Below, in pieces: positions 1 to 13,199 of a stretch of DNA of 64,000 bases. The first letter of the stretch is position 1, and each line of letters starts with the position of its first letter. Origin of the DNA: Callorhinchus milii (Eukaryota). Position numbers and translations under genes: made by a program. Below the pieces are notes generated by a model. The model was not told the origin of the DNA. It worked only from the letters and a program-made list of their open reading frames with translations, and searched no databases. The DNA lies in the NCBI RefSeq assembly GCF_018977255.1, contig NW_024704742.1:30444001-30508000 (forward strand). The letters are read 5' to 3'.

Positions 1-390
1 TCTGGCACAGGAACTTTGTCCATCCTGGCACCTTACAAGAGACAGAGAGTGTTGAGGCTTCACATTGTAAGCACGTGTCAAGGAAGCTGCATAGTATCTT
101 TCAACCTCAAAGCAATACATTGAATCCAAACTGTCCACTCATCCTTAATATTATAGCAATTACACAGATCTAAACAGAAACTCATCTGGTGTTCTGTATA
201 AATCAAATGTGTTTTGTTCCAATTCCTTTATGAGTCCCCAACATTGACTAATGGTAACAAGAAAGGAAAAAAAATTCTTTTCTTGATTCATTGATTCACT
301 TAAGCTTTTTTTTAAATTTGTGCTGTATGCTTCAGATAGCCAGCTGAACAGATCAGTCTGGACGGCAAATAAACCATCCGAAGGGCATAA

Positions 391-820
391 TGTAGCTCAG
401 CGGTTAGAGCAAGCGAGATACCTGGGTTCAATTCCAGGAAGGGCGAAACCTTGGGCAAGTTTCCTTTATAATAAATTGACTATAATAAATTGGTCATTTT
501 TCAACTCACGACTGTTTGTGGGACACTGCCGTGTGCAATTGGCTGCCACGTTTTGCCCACAAATATACGGTCAATTTACTTTGCAGCATATTCTGTGAAG
601 CGCTTTGCGACGTCTAGAAGACGTGAAAAGTGGTATATCAAATGCAAGGATTATTATTATTATTATTATAAACGGAGCTGTACTAATGCCTATGTTTTTG
701 TCCACAAAACATACAGTCAATCCACTTTGCAATATATTCCGTGAAGCGATTTAAGACGTCTTAATGACGTGATAAGCCGCTATATCAAATGCAAGGATTA
801 TTATTATTATTATTATTATT
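391..820 (+). mobile_element. tRNA-headed SINE (short form) followed by a second 3' half
   Basis: A box tagctcagcgg, B box ggttcaattcc, Deu-like core, (TTA)n tail; a second tail at about 693-820. Confidence 0.85.
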
Positions 821-1017
821 ACAGTCCCCAGATAAAATTGGTCATTCAATGTGGGAAATTGCTTTCTGCAAAATTGGTTGCTGCATTCGACTACAAATAC
901 ACAGAAACTAAATTTCACAGAAAAGTCCTGTGAAGCATTTTGAGATGTCTCACCATCCTGAAAGCCCCTATATCAAGAGCAACGATTATTATTATATACA
1001 TCTATTCCCCCGCATTT

Positions 1018-1152
1018 ATGTATATGTGTATGGAGTGTATGTGTGTGCGCACATGTGTGTATGTGTGTTGTGTGTGTGTGTGTGTGTTTGTGAATGATTG
1101 TGAGAAGGGTGCTGTTTGGATGTGTGTGTGTGGGGAGTGGGGGGGGGGGGGG
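1018..1152. repeat. Imperfect (TG)n microsatellite followed by a poly-G run
   Basis: Seen directly in the sequence. Confidence 0.9.
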
Positions 1153-3009
1153 ACGCAGGCCACGGATGCTGAAAGCATTAAAATGTTACAGTTCCAAAGG
1201 GAGATTATTTTCTGTTCAGAATCACTGATGATATAACAGTTTTGGAGTCTCAAGGCAAATGTACAGTCAGCAGCACATAATCTTTGATGATAAGTTGATA
1301 TAACCCAGAGAGGGAGATAGAGACAGAGAGAGACCAAGACTTTGGGCCTAAATTGAAAGAATCTCATTTGAAATTGGAATGTTTTCAGAAAGCACTTGCA
1401 TTTTTATAGGGCGCATAACACTGAAAGGTCCCAAAGCACTTCACAGTAATAACTATTACGTGCAATGAATGGTTTTGTAGAGATTATTAATTCTGTAGGC
1501 AAATCGCTTTCAGGTTTTTAAGACTCTATTAAGATGAGGGTGGAGAGAAAACACATTCCAGTAGTAGGAAACAGTATAGATTAGAGACAGACGTGAGATA
1601 GCAACAGCTATGAGACATTTGCCGAGGCTTAGTGAGAATGAGAGAGAGCGCGTCTGTCTTTGTTTACTGGTTCTCCTTCAACACTATGACTTTGACCGCT
1701 TAGATAAAATTGGTCACTCATTCCATGGCGGTTTGTGGGACATTATTGCAAAAACCCAATCAATCCACTTTACAGTATATCCTGTGAAGCACTTTGAGAC
1801 ATCCTTCCTACGTGATAAGGCAGAATAACAAGTGCAAGGATTATTATAACTATGGTTAGATAAGCATGCCTTGTAGCATAAATCATCTGTTTTCCTTTGC
1901 ACCCGAGTGGGGAGAGCCCTACATGCAGATCGCCTGCTCCCTCTGCACAGAGATCCAACTCCATAATGAAAAGTGTCAGCTCCATGTGACCAAATTCAGT
2001 GGCATGTAAATGTCTAGCTTCAACACATAAATAATGTACCTATTCCTGAGCGACACCTCATTAGAAGTTTTAAGCACTTCAAGACGCTACTCTGCAGGAA
2101 GGGCGCTATATAAATGCAACTTGCGGATGCTGTTATCTGCACCAGCCAAATAGTACCAGTGGAATCAGAAAAAAAACAGGAACAAAGACGCCTGATATTC
2201 ACGTGTATTTTCTGGACTCTGCTGCTATTATTCTGACAGCAGTAGGATTGCAAGAATAAATTTGTATTGAACGTGTCTATGTTTGTTTGATGGTATCTCG
2301 CTGGGTCCAGAATGATGTTCGCTCATGCTGAGAAACTTCCATTGACCTAATCTGATAATATGTGAAATTGAGGAATGCTGGTGTCCCACTCACAGGCACA
2401 CAAACTAAATTAAAGATTAGGTTTTACATCACGGTTACAGTACGGCACACTGCATAGCAAAGGCAATGGTGTACATCCAGGAAAGAATAGAATGATGAGT
2501 GAAAACTGTGTCACTTCAATGCAAAAGCTTTTGGAGCAGAGATGGGTTTATTTAAGGAGTCAAAGTCATAATGTGGAATCAGCATCAGTATTCTTGCTCA
2601 AGAACAAAACAAAACAACTTGCATTTATATAGCGCCCTTCATGCTAGACGGCGTCCCGGCTGTGTGTGTGTGTCTGTGTGGGGGAATGACCCGGGAAGGA
2701 ATCACTACCTTAGAGAAACATTTCTTAAACCTTAAATTTTCACGAGAAATTGGCTGAGCATTTGCACAGAGTGGGCCGTCACTCAGACACATTAATCCAC
2801 TCCCCTCTTTAACAGTTCAAGGCGGATTTACACTAATGAGAGTTTCAAAACCTAAACAGTGTGACCAGCAGTGATGGGAACCTACTTAATAATCCGTTTA
2901 AATGACACTTAGATTCAGTTCCTTTCACAGCTCCAGCTATCGCATTTACAATGTGTTAATACCCAGAGCTACAAAATAGCGCAATGGTCTGTACAGTTCT
3001 CCTTGACAC

Positions 3010-3038
3010 TTCTCTTTCTCTCTCTCTCTCTCTCTCTC
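3010..3038. repeat. (TC)n microsatellite
   Basis: Seen directly in the sequence. Confidence 0.9.
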
Positions 3039-3883
3039 ACTCCCACTCCCTCTAAAGGTATACTTGAGAGCTGAAATCACAAACAAAATATCTATGTGCT
3101 GCAAACCTCTCTGCCTCCTTACCCAACTTTTCCAGAGAGCTTATTGGAAACCAACGCGAGTCCTTTTCCTGCACACGGAAACAAACCTCTTAACAAATTA
3201 GTTTAAAAAGACTGTGTGGGCCAACACAGGCTGTGTTATAGTAGCCCTGTTTGTGAAAAAAATAGCTATTTCTTAGACTTCCTGTTTTCAGCCATATAAA
3301 GGGAGGCTGTCAGTCTTGAAAGGAAAGATCTCAGAGAGAACGTTATACAGGTATATAATTTTAAATGGGATTTTAAAATACAACATGCGTTCAGTCAGGC
3401 ACTGTATGGTTCCGTGAAATCCCTTTAGCCTGGAGGGATATGAGAAACAAGAGCTGGAAGTGGCTGTGCAGTTGTTCACTTTGGGAGCTCGGCACAGTTC
3501 ACGGCACTGGGACAGTAGGATCAATGGTACATCTCCTGTCCGTTGGTTTGTGAATCCCACAAGAAAAGTGAGTTTATTGTTTTATTACCTCTGGGTTGTC
3601 TGTCATGGTAAAACAGAGCGGAACCGTTGGTCCATTCACCTCTAGTTTGCTGTGACAGACACGGTCATTAGGTCACAGACATTTGGAAATGTTCTGTGTT
3701 ACTCTATCTCAGCTGCTTGCTTTAACACTGTCAGCAACGGGGTCTAATTTGAGGCAGTTTGTAATCATAGAATCATAGAATTATACAGCACAGAAGGAGG
3801 CCATTCGGCCCATTGTGTCTGTGCCTGGAGTATTAACACAGATTTACAGTCACCCTGCCGGTACCTGGAAGTAAATTGTGCTG

Positions 3884-6738
3884 ATCCACAGGTATTCTAC
3901 AAAACGTCCGCTCCCTCTGTAACAAGGCCCGGGTCATCAACGATCTCATCCTTGATGAGAGCGTTGACATCATGGCCTTAACGGAAACCTGGCTCACCCC
4001 AGGTGACATCTTCCCCCTCACGGAGGCCACACCACCCGGCTACACCTCCCACCACATCCCTCGCCCCAACCGCCGTGGCGGTGGTGTAGCCCTTATCTCA
4101 AGGACACCACTTGCTCTATCTCCCTACTCCTCTGGCTCTTTCCCCTCTTTCGAGCACCTCACCCTCTCCCACCCCTCCTTCCTCTCACAGAAAATCCTCC
4201 TCCTCTACTGGCCCCTTAAAACCCCTCCCACTTTCATCTCCGATATTTCGACACTTCTTACATCTCTCTGCCTCTGCCCTGATCGCCTCATCATCCTGGG
4301 CGACTTCAACCTGCACTTCACCCCCTCCTGCTCCATCTCCTCAGACTTCTCTTCCCTGCTCTCCTCGCTCAACCTCTCCCTCCACATCAACTCCCCCACT
4401 CACAGTCACGGCCACCCACTCGACTTGGTGATCACCCAGGGCCTCAGTGTCTCGGATGTCACTATCACCGACAAGGCCGTCTCCGACCACCACTTCATCT
4501 CCTTCACCACCTCCACCCCCTCCCCACCTCCACCAGACCCACCACCATCTTCTACCGCCCCTGGAAGAAGTTACCCCCACAATCCCTAACCGCTGCCTTG
4601 GAGTCCTCTGAACTCCTCTCCCTCTGGCCTTCAACCCTCACTGACCCCTCTTCTGCTCTCACCCTCCTCCACAACACCCTCTCCTCCACACTTGAAACTC
4701 TTGCCCCCATCACCTCCCGTACTGTCTCCTACTCTCGCTCCTCCCCCTGGTTCACCACCCACCTCCGCTCACTGAAGAGCCAGGTGCGGGCCGCTGAACG
4801 CACCTGGTCAAATCTGGCCTAACGGTCCACCGACAAATCTGGCTGGACCTCCTCAAAATCTACCGCTCCACTCTAGCCTCGGCCAAGTCGTCCTTCTACT
4901 CCAGGATAATCCTGGAGGCGAAGAACAACCCCAGGCTACTGTTTTCTACCACATCCCGACTCTTCCGTCCCCCCCACCACCTCGCGCAGGTCATCTCCTC
5001 CAACCTTCACTGCGAGGAGATGCTGGATTTCCTTGAATCCAAAATCAAGGGAATTCGCTCCGCGGTCACTTCCCCTCCAACATCCACCTACCCCCCACCA
5101 CCTCCCTCCCACCCTCCGACTCCTACCCATCCTCCCCTACACACTTTCGTACCCGTTTCCCCACCCTCTGTCACCAAACTCATCCTATCCCTGAAACCAC
5201 CACCTGCTCCCTTGACCCCATCCCCACTCCACTCCTTATCTCCCAGCTCCACCTCCTTGCCCCACATATCACAGACATCGTCAACCTGTCCCTCTCCTCT
5301 GGCTCTGTTCCCATTCCCTTAAAAACTGCCACCATCACTCCCACCTTAAAAAAACCCTCCCTTGATGCGTCACAACTATCAAGCTACCGGCCCATCTCCA
5401 ACCTTCTGGAACGAGCTGTCGCCTCCCAGCTGCGCTCTTTCCTCTCCATCCATTCATTATTCGAACCCCTTCAGTCGGGTTTCCGTGCTGCCCATAGCAC
5501 AGAAACTGCCCTGGTCAAGGTCACCAATGACATCCTGACCATCTGTGACCAGGGCTCCCTCTGCCTCCTCGTCCTCCTCGACCTATCGGCAGCATTCGAT
5601 ACGGTCGACCACGCTATCCTCCTCCACCGCTTGTCCTCCCACCTCAACCTTCAAGGCCCTGTCCTTGAGCGGTTTAGGTTGTACCTCTCCCACCGTATTC
5701 ACTTTGTTTCCATGAATGGCTTCTCCTCCACCCCCCGCCCTGTCTCGTGCGGTGTCCCTCAGGGCTCTGTCCTCGGTCCCCTCCTCTTCACCCTCTATAT
5801 GCTCCCCCTTGGTGACATCATCCGCAGACATGGGGTTAACTTCCACATGTATGCGGATGACACCCAACTCTACCTTTCCTCCTCTACCCTCAACTCCACG
5901 ACCACCGATGTCCTGACAGCCTGCCTGTCCGACATCGAGTCCTGGACGAGAGACAACTTTCTTCAGCTCAACGTGCGAAAAACTGAGGCCCTCCTGATTG
6001 GCTCACGTCAGCGCCTCCGCACCTCAGGCGCTGACAGCATCAGCATCCAAGGCTGCACTCTCCACCTCTCAAGGCCAGTCAGGAACCTCGGGGTTCTGTT
6101 CGACCCTGAGCTGTCCTTTCTCCCTCATATCCGCGCCACAACTGGCACCGCCTTCCATCACCTCCGGAATATCGCCAGATTACGGCACTACCTCACCCCT
6201 CACGCTGCTGAAACCCTGGTCCACGCCTTTGTCACCTCAAGGCTGGACTACGGGAACTCTCTCCTCGCCGGCCTTCCCGGCACCTCCCTCCACAAGCTAC
6301 AGGTCATTCAGAACTCTGCAGCTCGTGTACTGTCCCGCACCAGGCTTCGGGACCACATCACTCCCACCCTCGCTCGCCTCCACTGGCTCCCCATCCCCCA
6401 GAGGATCGATTTCAAGATCCTCATCCTCGCCTACAAGGCCATTCACGGCCTTGCTCCCTCCTACCTCTCCGACCTACTATCCCCCTACTTACCTGCCCGT
6501 ACCCTCCGTTCCTCTGGCTCCGGTCTGCTCCACATCCACCGCCCTACCATCGGTGGCCGGGCCTTCAGCCTCTCAGCCCCGAGGCTCTGGAACTCTAACC
6601 CACAGTGCCTTCGCTGCCTCCTCCCTTTCCTCCTTCAAAGCCGGTCTCAAGACCTTTCTCTTTGACCGTGCCTTCAGCTCCCCTCTCGACTCTCTACCCC
6701 CTCCTCGCTCCCTCCCTTCCCTCCCCTCACCCTGACCA
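3884..6738 (+). mobile_element. L2-clade LINE, near-complete ORF2 (APE endonuclease + reverse transcriptase), frameshifted, 3' tail missing
   Basis: APE motifs QNVRSL, ALTETWL, GGGVA, ILGDFNLH, SDH. RT motifs [13 protein letters not shown] and YADDTQLY. L2 C-terminus [14 protein letters not shown]...LHWLPI. Split over several frames. Confidence 0.95.
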
Positions 6739-6964
6739 TTTCAGACTAGGTTAATGTAAGTTAACCTGCTATGACCGCCCCCAAAATACAGTTACTCCAC
6801 ATTACAGGATCTTCTATGAAGCACTTTGAGATATCCTCCTGACGCGAAAGGTGCTGTACGAAATTCAAGGATTATTGCAAGGAGGACCCGGCGCTTTAAA
6901 AATGTAATTTAGCTGTTTTTGCCACTGTTAAGCTTCATCTGTGTTTTCTATTTTGGTGGAGTGT

Positions 6965-7705
6965 GCACCATCCATAGTTGCACACTCCATTTAATAAGCC
7001 AGTCCAGAACCTTGGCATCCTGTTTGACTCTCAACTATCCTTTCTATTCCACATCCATGTCATGTCCTCACCTCTGCAACATCGCCCGGCTCCGCCTCTG
7101 TCTTACTCTGCAGGCCGCCGAGACCCTCATACACGCATTCATAACATCGAGGCTTGACTATGCAAACTCCTTGCTTGTCGGCCTCCCCAACTCCTCCCTC
7201 CATAGGCAAGTCATCCAGAACGCTGCAGTCTGTGTCCTCTCCTGCACCAGCCTCCGTGACCCTATCACCCCCATCCTCACCCGTCTCCACTGGCTTCCCA
7301 TCACACAGAGGATACAGTTCAAGTTCCTGGTCCTCACCATCAAAGGACCATGGCCTTGCTCCTCCCTACCTCTGCGACCCCCGAAACTCCTACCATCCTG
7401 CTCGCTCCCTCCGCTATTATCAGTGGACTCCGGCCTGCTTCACGTCGCCCGCCCCACCATTGGCAGGCGAGTCATCCATCGCTCTGCCCCCACCCTCTGG
7501 AACTGCCTTGCCCACTCCCTTGCCTCTTTCAAGACCCATCTTAAGAATCTCCTCTTCGACCGTGCTTTCGATCACCCTGCTTCCCCACTGCCCTCCACCC
7601 TCCTCTACCCCGACCCTCAGCTTGGGTCTGAAACACTGACTGTCCAGCGCCTCAGGACATCCTCCCAACGTGAAAGACGCTATACAAATGTAACTGTTGT
7701 TGTTA
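6965..7705 (+). mobile_element. 5'-truncated L2 with 3' stem-loop tail and (TTG)n end
   Basis: ETLIHAFITSRLDYANSLL and LHWLPI; tail ccagcgcc...acgtgaaagacgctatacaaatgtaactgttgttgtt. Confidence 0.9.
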
Positions 7706-8147
7706 TTTTGTTCCCGCTGTTTGGCTACTTGCGTGCTCTGTGACGTAGGATGCCACACGCCACGGTCAGCCCGCGCGGCCACCAGGTGCAACTGCAGCGA
7801 GAAACGCAATACTGAAAATAACACACGAACGATAGGAGATACCTGAAAACAAATATGCCCATATCACTCCCAGATTCAAGACCTCTCCGGTGAGATATAA
7901 ATCACGTTTCTACATCAATCGGTTATTGGGGATCCTCCTTGAAGTGCAGACAGACATTGTTGTTTTGTTAGTATAGGTAGATAATCATTGGTAATGCTAT
8001 TTTGTGGCAAATCTGTTGGTGGGTTACAGCGTTTGATAAAACCCTGAAAGAAAATGTTTTCCTTCCAGCATTTCTGTTGAATTTTCAACAGGAACATACT
8101 CACACGTTGCACCGAAATGCAACTATTTCCCCAAAGACCATTATTGA

Positions 8148-8522
8148 GGAATCCTGCAGCTCAGTGGTTAGAGCACTCGCCTCACAAGCGAGAGACCTGG
8201 GTTTCATTCCCAGCATGACGAAACGTTGGGCAAGTTTCCTTACTCTACACGCCTCTGTTTTACTAGCAGTAAGTAGGAACCCAGTTGCTAGTTGATTGTC
8301 GGATCGCTTTTCCGGGGTTAATAATAATTCCTTCAAAAAAAAGTAATAAACTGGTCACTCAATCCATGACTGTTTGTGGGTCACTGCTGTGTGCAATTGG
8401 CTGCCGTGTTTCGCCCACAAAATATACAGTCAATTCACTTTACAGTATATTCTGTGAAGCGCTTTGAGACATCTCAAAGACATGATAAGGCGCCATATCA
8501 AATGCAAGGATTATTATTATTG
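8148..8522 (+). mobile_element. tRNA-headed SINE, long form
   Basis: A and B boxes, central cagtaagtaggaacc segment, Deu-like block, L2-like tail. Confidence 0.9.
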
Positions 8523-9559
8523 TTAGTTCGCCATCAAGTTGTCTTTTGTCACACAGAAGGAAATAAAGATATCAGTAAGTCCCATGTGTTTTTGTGTGTT
8601 TGCTTTTCGTCTCTTGTTTCCCCTCTCAAAAATATTGCTCATGTTGGGATATGGAGAAGTAAATTGTTAACAGATTCAGCACTGACCACAATGGACATTA
8701 CAGTAGAGCTCAATCCTATCATTACCCTCTTCACACATGCACTGTTTCCAGCAGAGGAAACTTACTGCTTAGCAATAATGAGTGGGAGCCCTTGGCTGAT
8801 TTTTTTCCTTCATGAAAATGCGCTAACGTTTGTACATGATGCTCCTCTGTCAGAAATCACACCTCTCTGCCACTCCATTTCCACACAAACAAGAAAGGCA
8901 ATTTGTAATGAAGACTGTGCCCCCTTTAATCTCCAGAGCTTCTCTGGAGCTGCTGGTGGCAAGCTTCACTGCTCTGCTGATCCATCACTCTTTTGTATTC
9001 AAAAGGAAGAAATTTATTGGTGTTGCACTTGGCTTTTGACACCAGCAAAAGCAAAGCGGATTCCCTTCCCCTCTCCAGAAATTAATGCTTAGTGGGATAC
9101 AGCTTCACCTCAGCCTAAGTGCCCAATCTATCTGTGTGAGTCGAGACAGACAACGTGATGGCTCCTTATCTGATTGATCCTGTCCTTTCTCTCCTCCCGA
9201 CTCCCTTTCCAGCAGCAGTCACCACATAGCAATTAGAAGCGGAATCTTCAATTCATTTTCTCTTCTTAGCCCATAACCTCTGAAAGCCAACCGCAGTGCT
9301 CATTCCAGGTTTGAACTTCAGATCTTTCTAATTTGTCTGATTCAACAATGCACTTGTTTTATTTTTAAAAACAAACTCAGCCAGTGGGTAGGTATCCTTC
9401 ACTGATCCACCTCCAGGTCCTTTCGATGTGCTGTACAACGTTACAAAAGTTAAGCTTGAATGAGTTGCTTCTTGGATGAGATCCTAAACTGAGGTTCTAG
9501 CTGCCTGTTCAGGTGGACATTAAAGACTGAGGTGGGTATCTTCTGGGTTTACATTCAGT

Positions 9560-10190
9560 GTTTTTTTACATTTATATAGTGACTTTCACTCCAGGACGTC
9601 TCACAGCACTTCACAGAATTGACTGGCAAGTGTGAGCTAGAGACAGGATAAGCTGAAGTTGGGTCGGGTGGGGGGAAGAAAGGGAAGATGACCAAAAGCG
9701 CAGTCAAAAAGAAAGGTCTTAAGGTTGCCATTAAAGGTGGGGCAGGAGGGGGCGAGGTGGAGGGATTCTAGGATGGAGTTACAGAGGGCAAGTCAGAATG
9801 GCTGAAAGCTCGTCCACCGACAGTGGGGAGGGTCTGGTAGGGGACATGAAGCAGACAGATGAGCTTTGCTGAGTGGAAAGAAAGTCTGGGATGGTAGGGT
9901 TAATAAAAATAATCCATTTGCATTTGGTTAGTGCCTTATCATGTTGGAAAGAAGGCTCACATCACTTCACAGGCTTCACTGTGAAATGGAGTGACTGCGT
10001 ATTTGTCGGCAAACGTGGCAGCACAATTGCGCATAGCAATGTCCCACAAACAGCCAACAGCCAAGGTCAAGGATATTGGAGAGGTAGGGTAGAGTGAGGT
10101 GGCAGGGGTATTTGAATGTGAAGTCAAGTCAACTGGTGGCTGAGATACTGGTGGAGCCGAGCTTTCAAGAGAAGCAGGAAGGAAGGGCAA
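9560..10190 (-). mobile_element. Old L2 3' fragments interrupted by a SINE piece
   Basis: Reverse-complement L2 tail at about 9570-9620 and purine-rich similarity to the L2 3' region. Confidence 0.6.
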
Positions 10191-10843
10191 TTTTAGAGGA
10201 AAAATATAATTTACAGGTAACCAAATTTCTCAAGTATTGATGTCCACGTGTCCTTAAGGGGACAAATCAAAATGCAGGTTTTGTATAAATTTGGACCAAT
10301 ATAAGGACCCTTTCAATTACCTGGAGACTCTGTTGGGAACCTGCTCAGGATTGGTAAGATCTCACAAGCAGCATTCTGTTTTGAGCATTTCTTTTCATAT
10401 TTTTTGATAGGAAAAAGATATCAAAGGCAAGAAGAGCGAGCCAGATAGCTATGCAGCGAGGCTGTACCAGACAAGGCTGTATATCAAGACTCTGACTGTA
10501 CACCATGGCCTTATTGTAATGTTTCAAGCAAATGCTAGCACATCACGAGTTGGCTCTTCCCTTGTGGCCAGCGTTAAAATAGAACTCAGTACCACTGCTG
10601 TCCAAATCACGATTCAATTACAGAAATTCAATATTAGTCACTGCTCACTCCATAGACACCCCTCCCTCCTCCCAGTAACTATGAACTTCAAAGAATAAAC
10701 AAAGAACAACCATAGGTTTCAGGAATGTGACATTCCAGTCCTCAAAGTGTTACTGACCAGCACTTTTGACAGACTGCAGCCTGTGTGATATGCTGTACAC
10801 GATTGTACAGAAGGGAATTGGTGACTGAGTTTGTAAAGAGTTT

Positions 10844-11164
10844 ATAATAATAATAATAATCCTTGCATTTGATATAGCACTTTTCACGTCGGGAGGACGT
10901 CCCAAAGTGCTTCACAGAACACACTGTAAAGTGAATTGACTGTATATTTGTGGGCGAACGCGGCAGCCAATTGCGCACAGCAATGTCCCACAAACAGTCG
11001 TAGATTGAAAATGACCAATTTAATTATTGTTTTTGGTTTTGGGGGGATTATTATTAGGTGTGTGGAGTAAGGAAACTTGCCCAAGGTTTCGCCCTCTGCC
11101 TGGAATTGAACTCAGGTCTCTCACTTGCAAAGCGAGTGCTCTAACCACTGAGCTACAGGACTCC
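10844..11164 (-). mobile_element. tRNA-Ala-headed SINE, short form
   Basis: Reverse complement of the 54581-54901 type. Confidence 0.9.
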
Positions 11165-11369
11165 ACTCCTTCCCACTCCTTCACTCTCTCCCCACAGCCT
11201 TACAAATTTTGCAGAAAGTTAGTCTGTAACAGAATAATGGGTTAAAAAGGCTCTTGGACATCAAAGCTGGCACAGCGTTTACAATACTAAAAATGAACAC
11301 AATAAAGTCAAATTCAAGCTCCCAATTGAAAGGGAACAGAAGCCAAATATATGTAAATGCTTTACTTAC

Positions 11370-11478
11370 TTTCTCTTTTCTCCTTCGAATCTATAGAGTT
11401 GTCTGCGTAAACCTCCACTGCGAAAGCCCCGAATGTGTGCTGCAGGAGCTCCCACCGTAATCACGTCATACATCCCAT
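11370..11478 (-). CDS. INPP4B: INPP4B-type coding exon (109 nt)
   Basis: Acceptor ttttttcttgaatag, donor gtaagt. Encodes [36 protein letters not shown] (INPP4B motif [18 protein letters not shown]). Confidence 0.95.
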
Positions 11479-13199
11479 CTATTCAAGAAAAAATAACAAT
11501 AAACCTTAATTTCTGAGAAGACTGGCCAGTGGCACGACCCCCACATTGATATGGATGTTGGTAGAGTCTGGGGAACACCCTCTTATGGTGGTTGAGTATG
11601 TGGACTATTTAAGGTTTCACAAACGCTCAGTAGGGGAGCCCTTACCTGCTTGTTCAGACAGAGGTAAATCCTCACATTAGCTGTAACACCTTTTACATTG
11701 GGAGGATGTCTCAAAGATTTACTGTAAAGTGGTGTGACTAAAGGTGAACGTTTACTTGGTGTGTGGATTAATTCCTTGTACCAATAGGAAAATTAAGGAG
11801 AACTCTTCGCGGACTTGCGAGAAAAATGAGTGATGTGACGGTCTGATTTGTGACTTGCTGAACCTTTACATTTTCTCTTCCCTCCTCCTCTCCTGAAGAT
11901 GTTGGATTCCTCTTTCTTTCTACTGGGTTGACAGTTACAGAGACACTATCCAGTATGTGACTTGTTGCCACATCAGTACAGACCAGGCCTGGATCCTCCT
12001 CTTTCCTAGCCTATGTTGCTCAGTGATGTAAAGATCTGGTGCTTTTACTCACTTTCAGACAGAGTAGGTCTGTATTTTAAACTCTGGCATTCTTTATTTT
12101 TTTCACTTACTGCAATGCAACATAATTTATTTATTTATTTATTTCCCACTGAAATGGAAATAACATATTTCGCCCACAAAACACACAGTCAATTCACTTT
12201 ACAGTATATTCTGTGAAGCGCCTTGAGACATCGCAAAGACGTGATAAGGTTTTATATCAAATGCAAGGATTATTATTATGAATGTTGAATGACTCGTGCC
12301 CATTACATCTCCATTTCATTCACAGCTTTTCTCCCTCATGAGGCACTGCTCTCTCTGCCTGCATAACATCCCATAAATATTATAACTAGCGACTAGCGAA
12401 ATTTATACATTTAAATAGATTTTGATAAACATCATGTTAAACAAATAGAAAAATCACTGATAGACAACCACGGTTTCCAAATTATTTTTGGTCAGCAGGG
12501 TGTCTGACACTTAAGGAAACCTATCACCATGCTTAAGAGTATTCAAACCAGACCAAGAGTTCCACAGGTGTATTCCATCTACACACGGAAATTTCTGTGT
12601 GACTAGAATGGAATGCGCATTCAGGAAAGAGGAAACTTGCTTACCTAAGTCCAGAAAGTATTAGGGCTAGGATGGTGGGAGGTGTAATTTAACCAGCTAA
12701 AACCGCACATTTTGCCATTGTACTGTTTAACAACATTCCCGCTGTTTATTGAGCTAAGACCACTCTACCGGTTGGATTGCAGGATTAACAGTGCTGAGTA
12801 GGAAGAATCAATTCTCCCTGCAATTGCTCCCTCTAAGTCCTGCCGATGAGCCAGGCTGGCTGTGCTGTTATCAGCAGTTCCCATGGAATACTGTGGACAT
12901 GCCTGGCTCAGGAACCACACTACCATGATCACCACAAAGGGCTGGCTCGATTCCGACATTTCATTGCCAAGCACATCATCTCGGAGCCAGCTCAGTGCTA
13001 AGAAGACCCTGTTTACTTTTCCCCACACAAAGGAGGATAAGACCATTATGCCCATCAACCTTTAAGAGTCTGTCTATTCATTAGAAAGGGAAGCATGGCT
13101 GCTTAAAGGGAACAGTTTTCAAGTAGCTCCTTATAATGAAATGAAGAAAAAAGGGCATATTATAATATTAATTTGAATTTATATTATATTATAATATGA

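Noticed and set aside
8376..9092. 238-aa ORF
   Set aside because: Starts inside a SINE and runs through its (TTA)n tail; no recognisable domain.
11370..11478. Alternative frame MGCMT*LRWELL... as a possible selenocysteine readthrough
   Set aside because: The INPP4 frame explains the exon and is the one compatible with the upstream splice phase.
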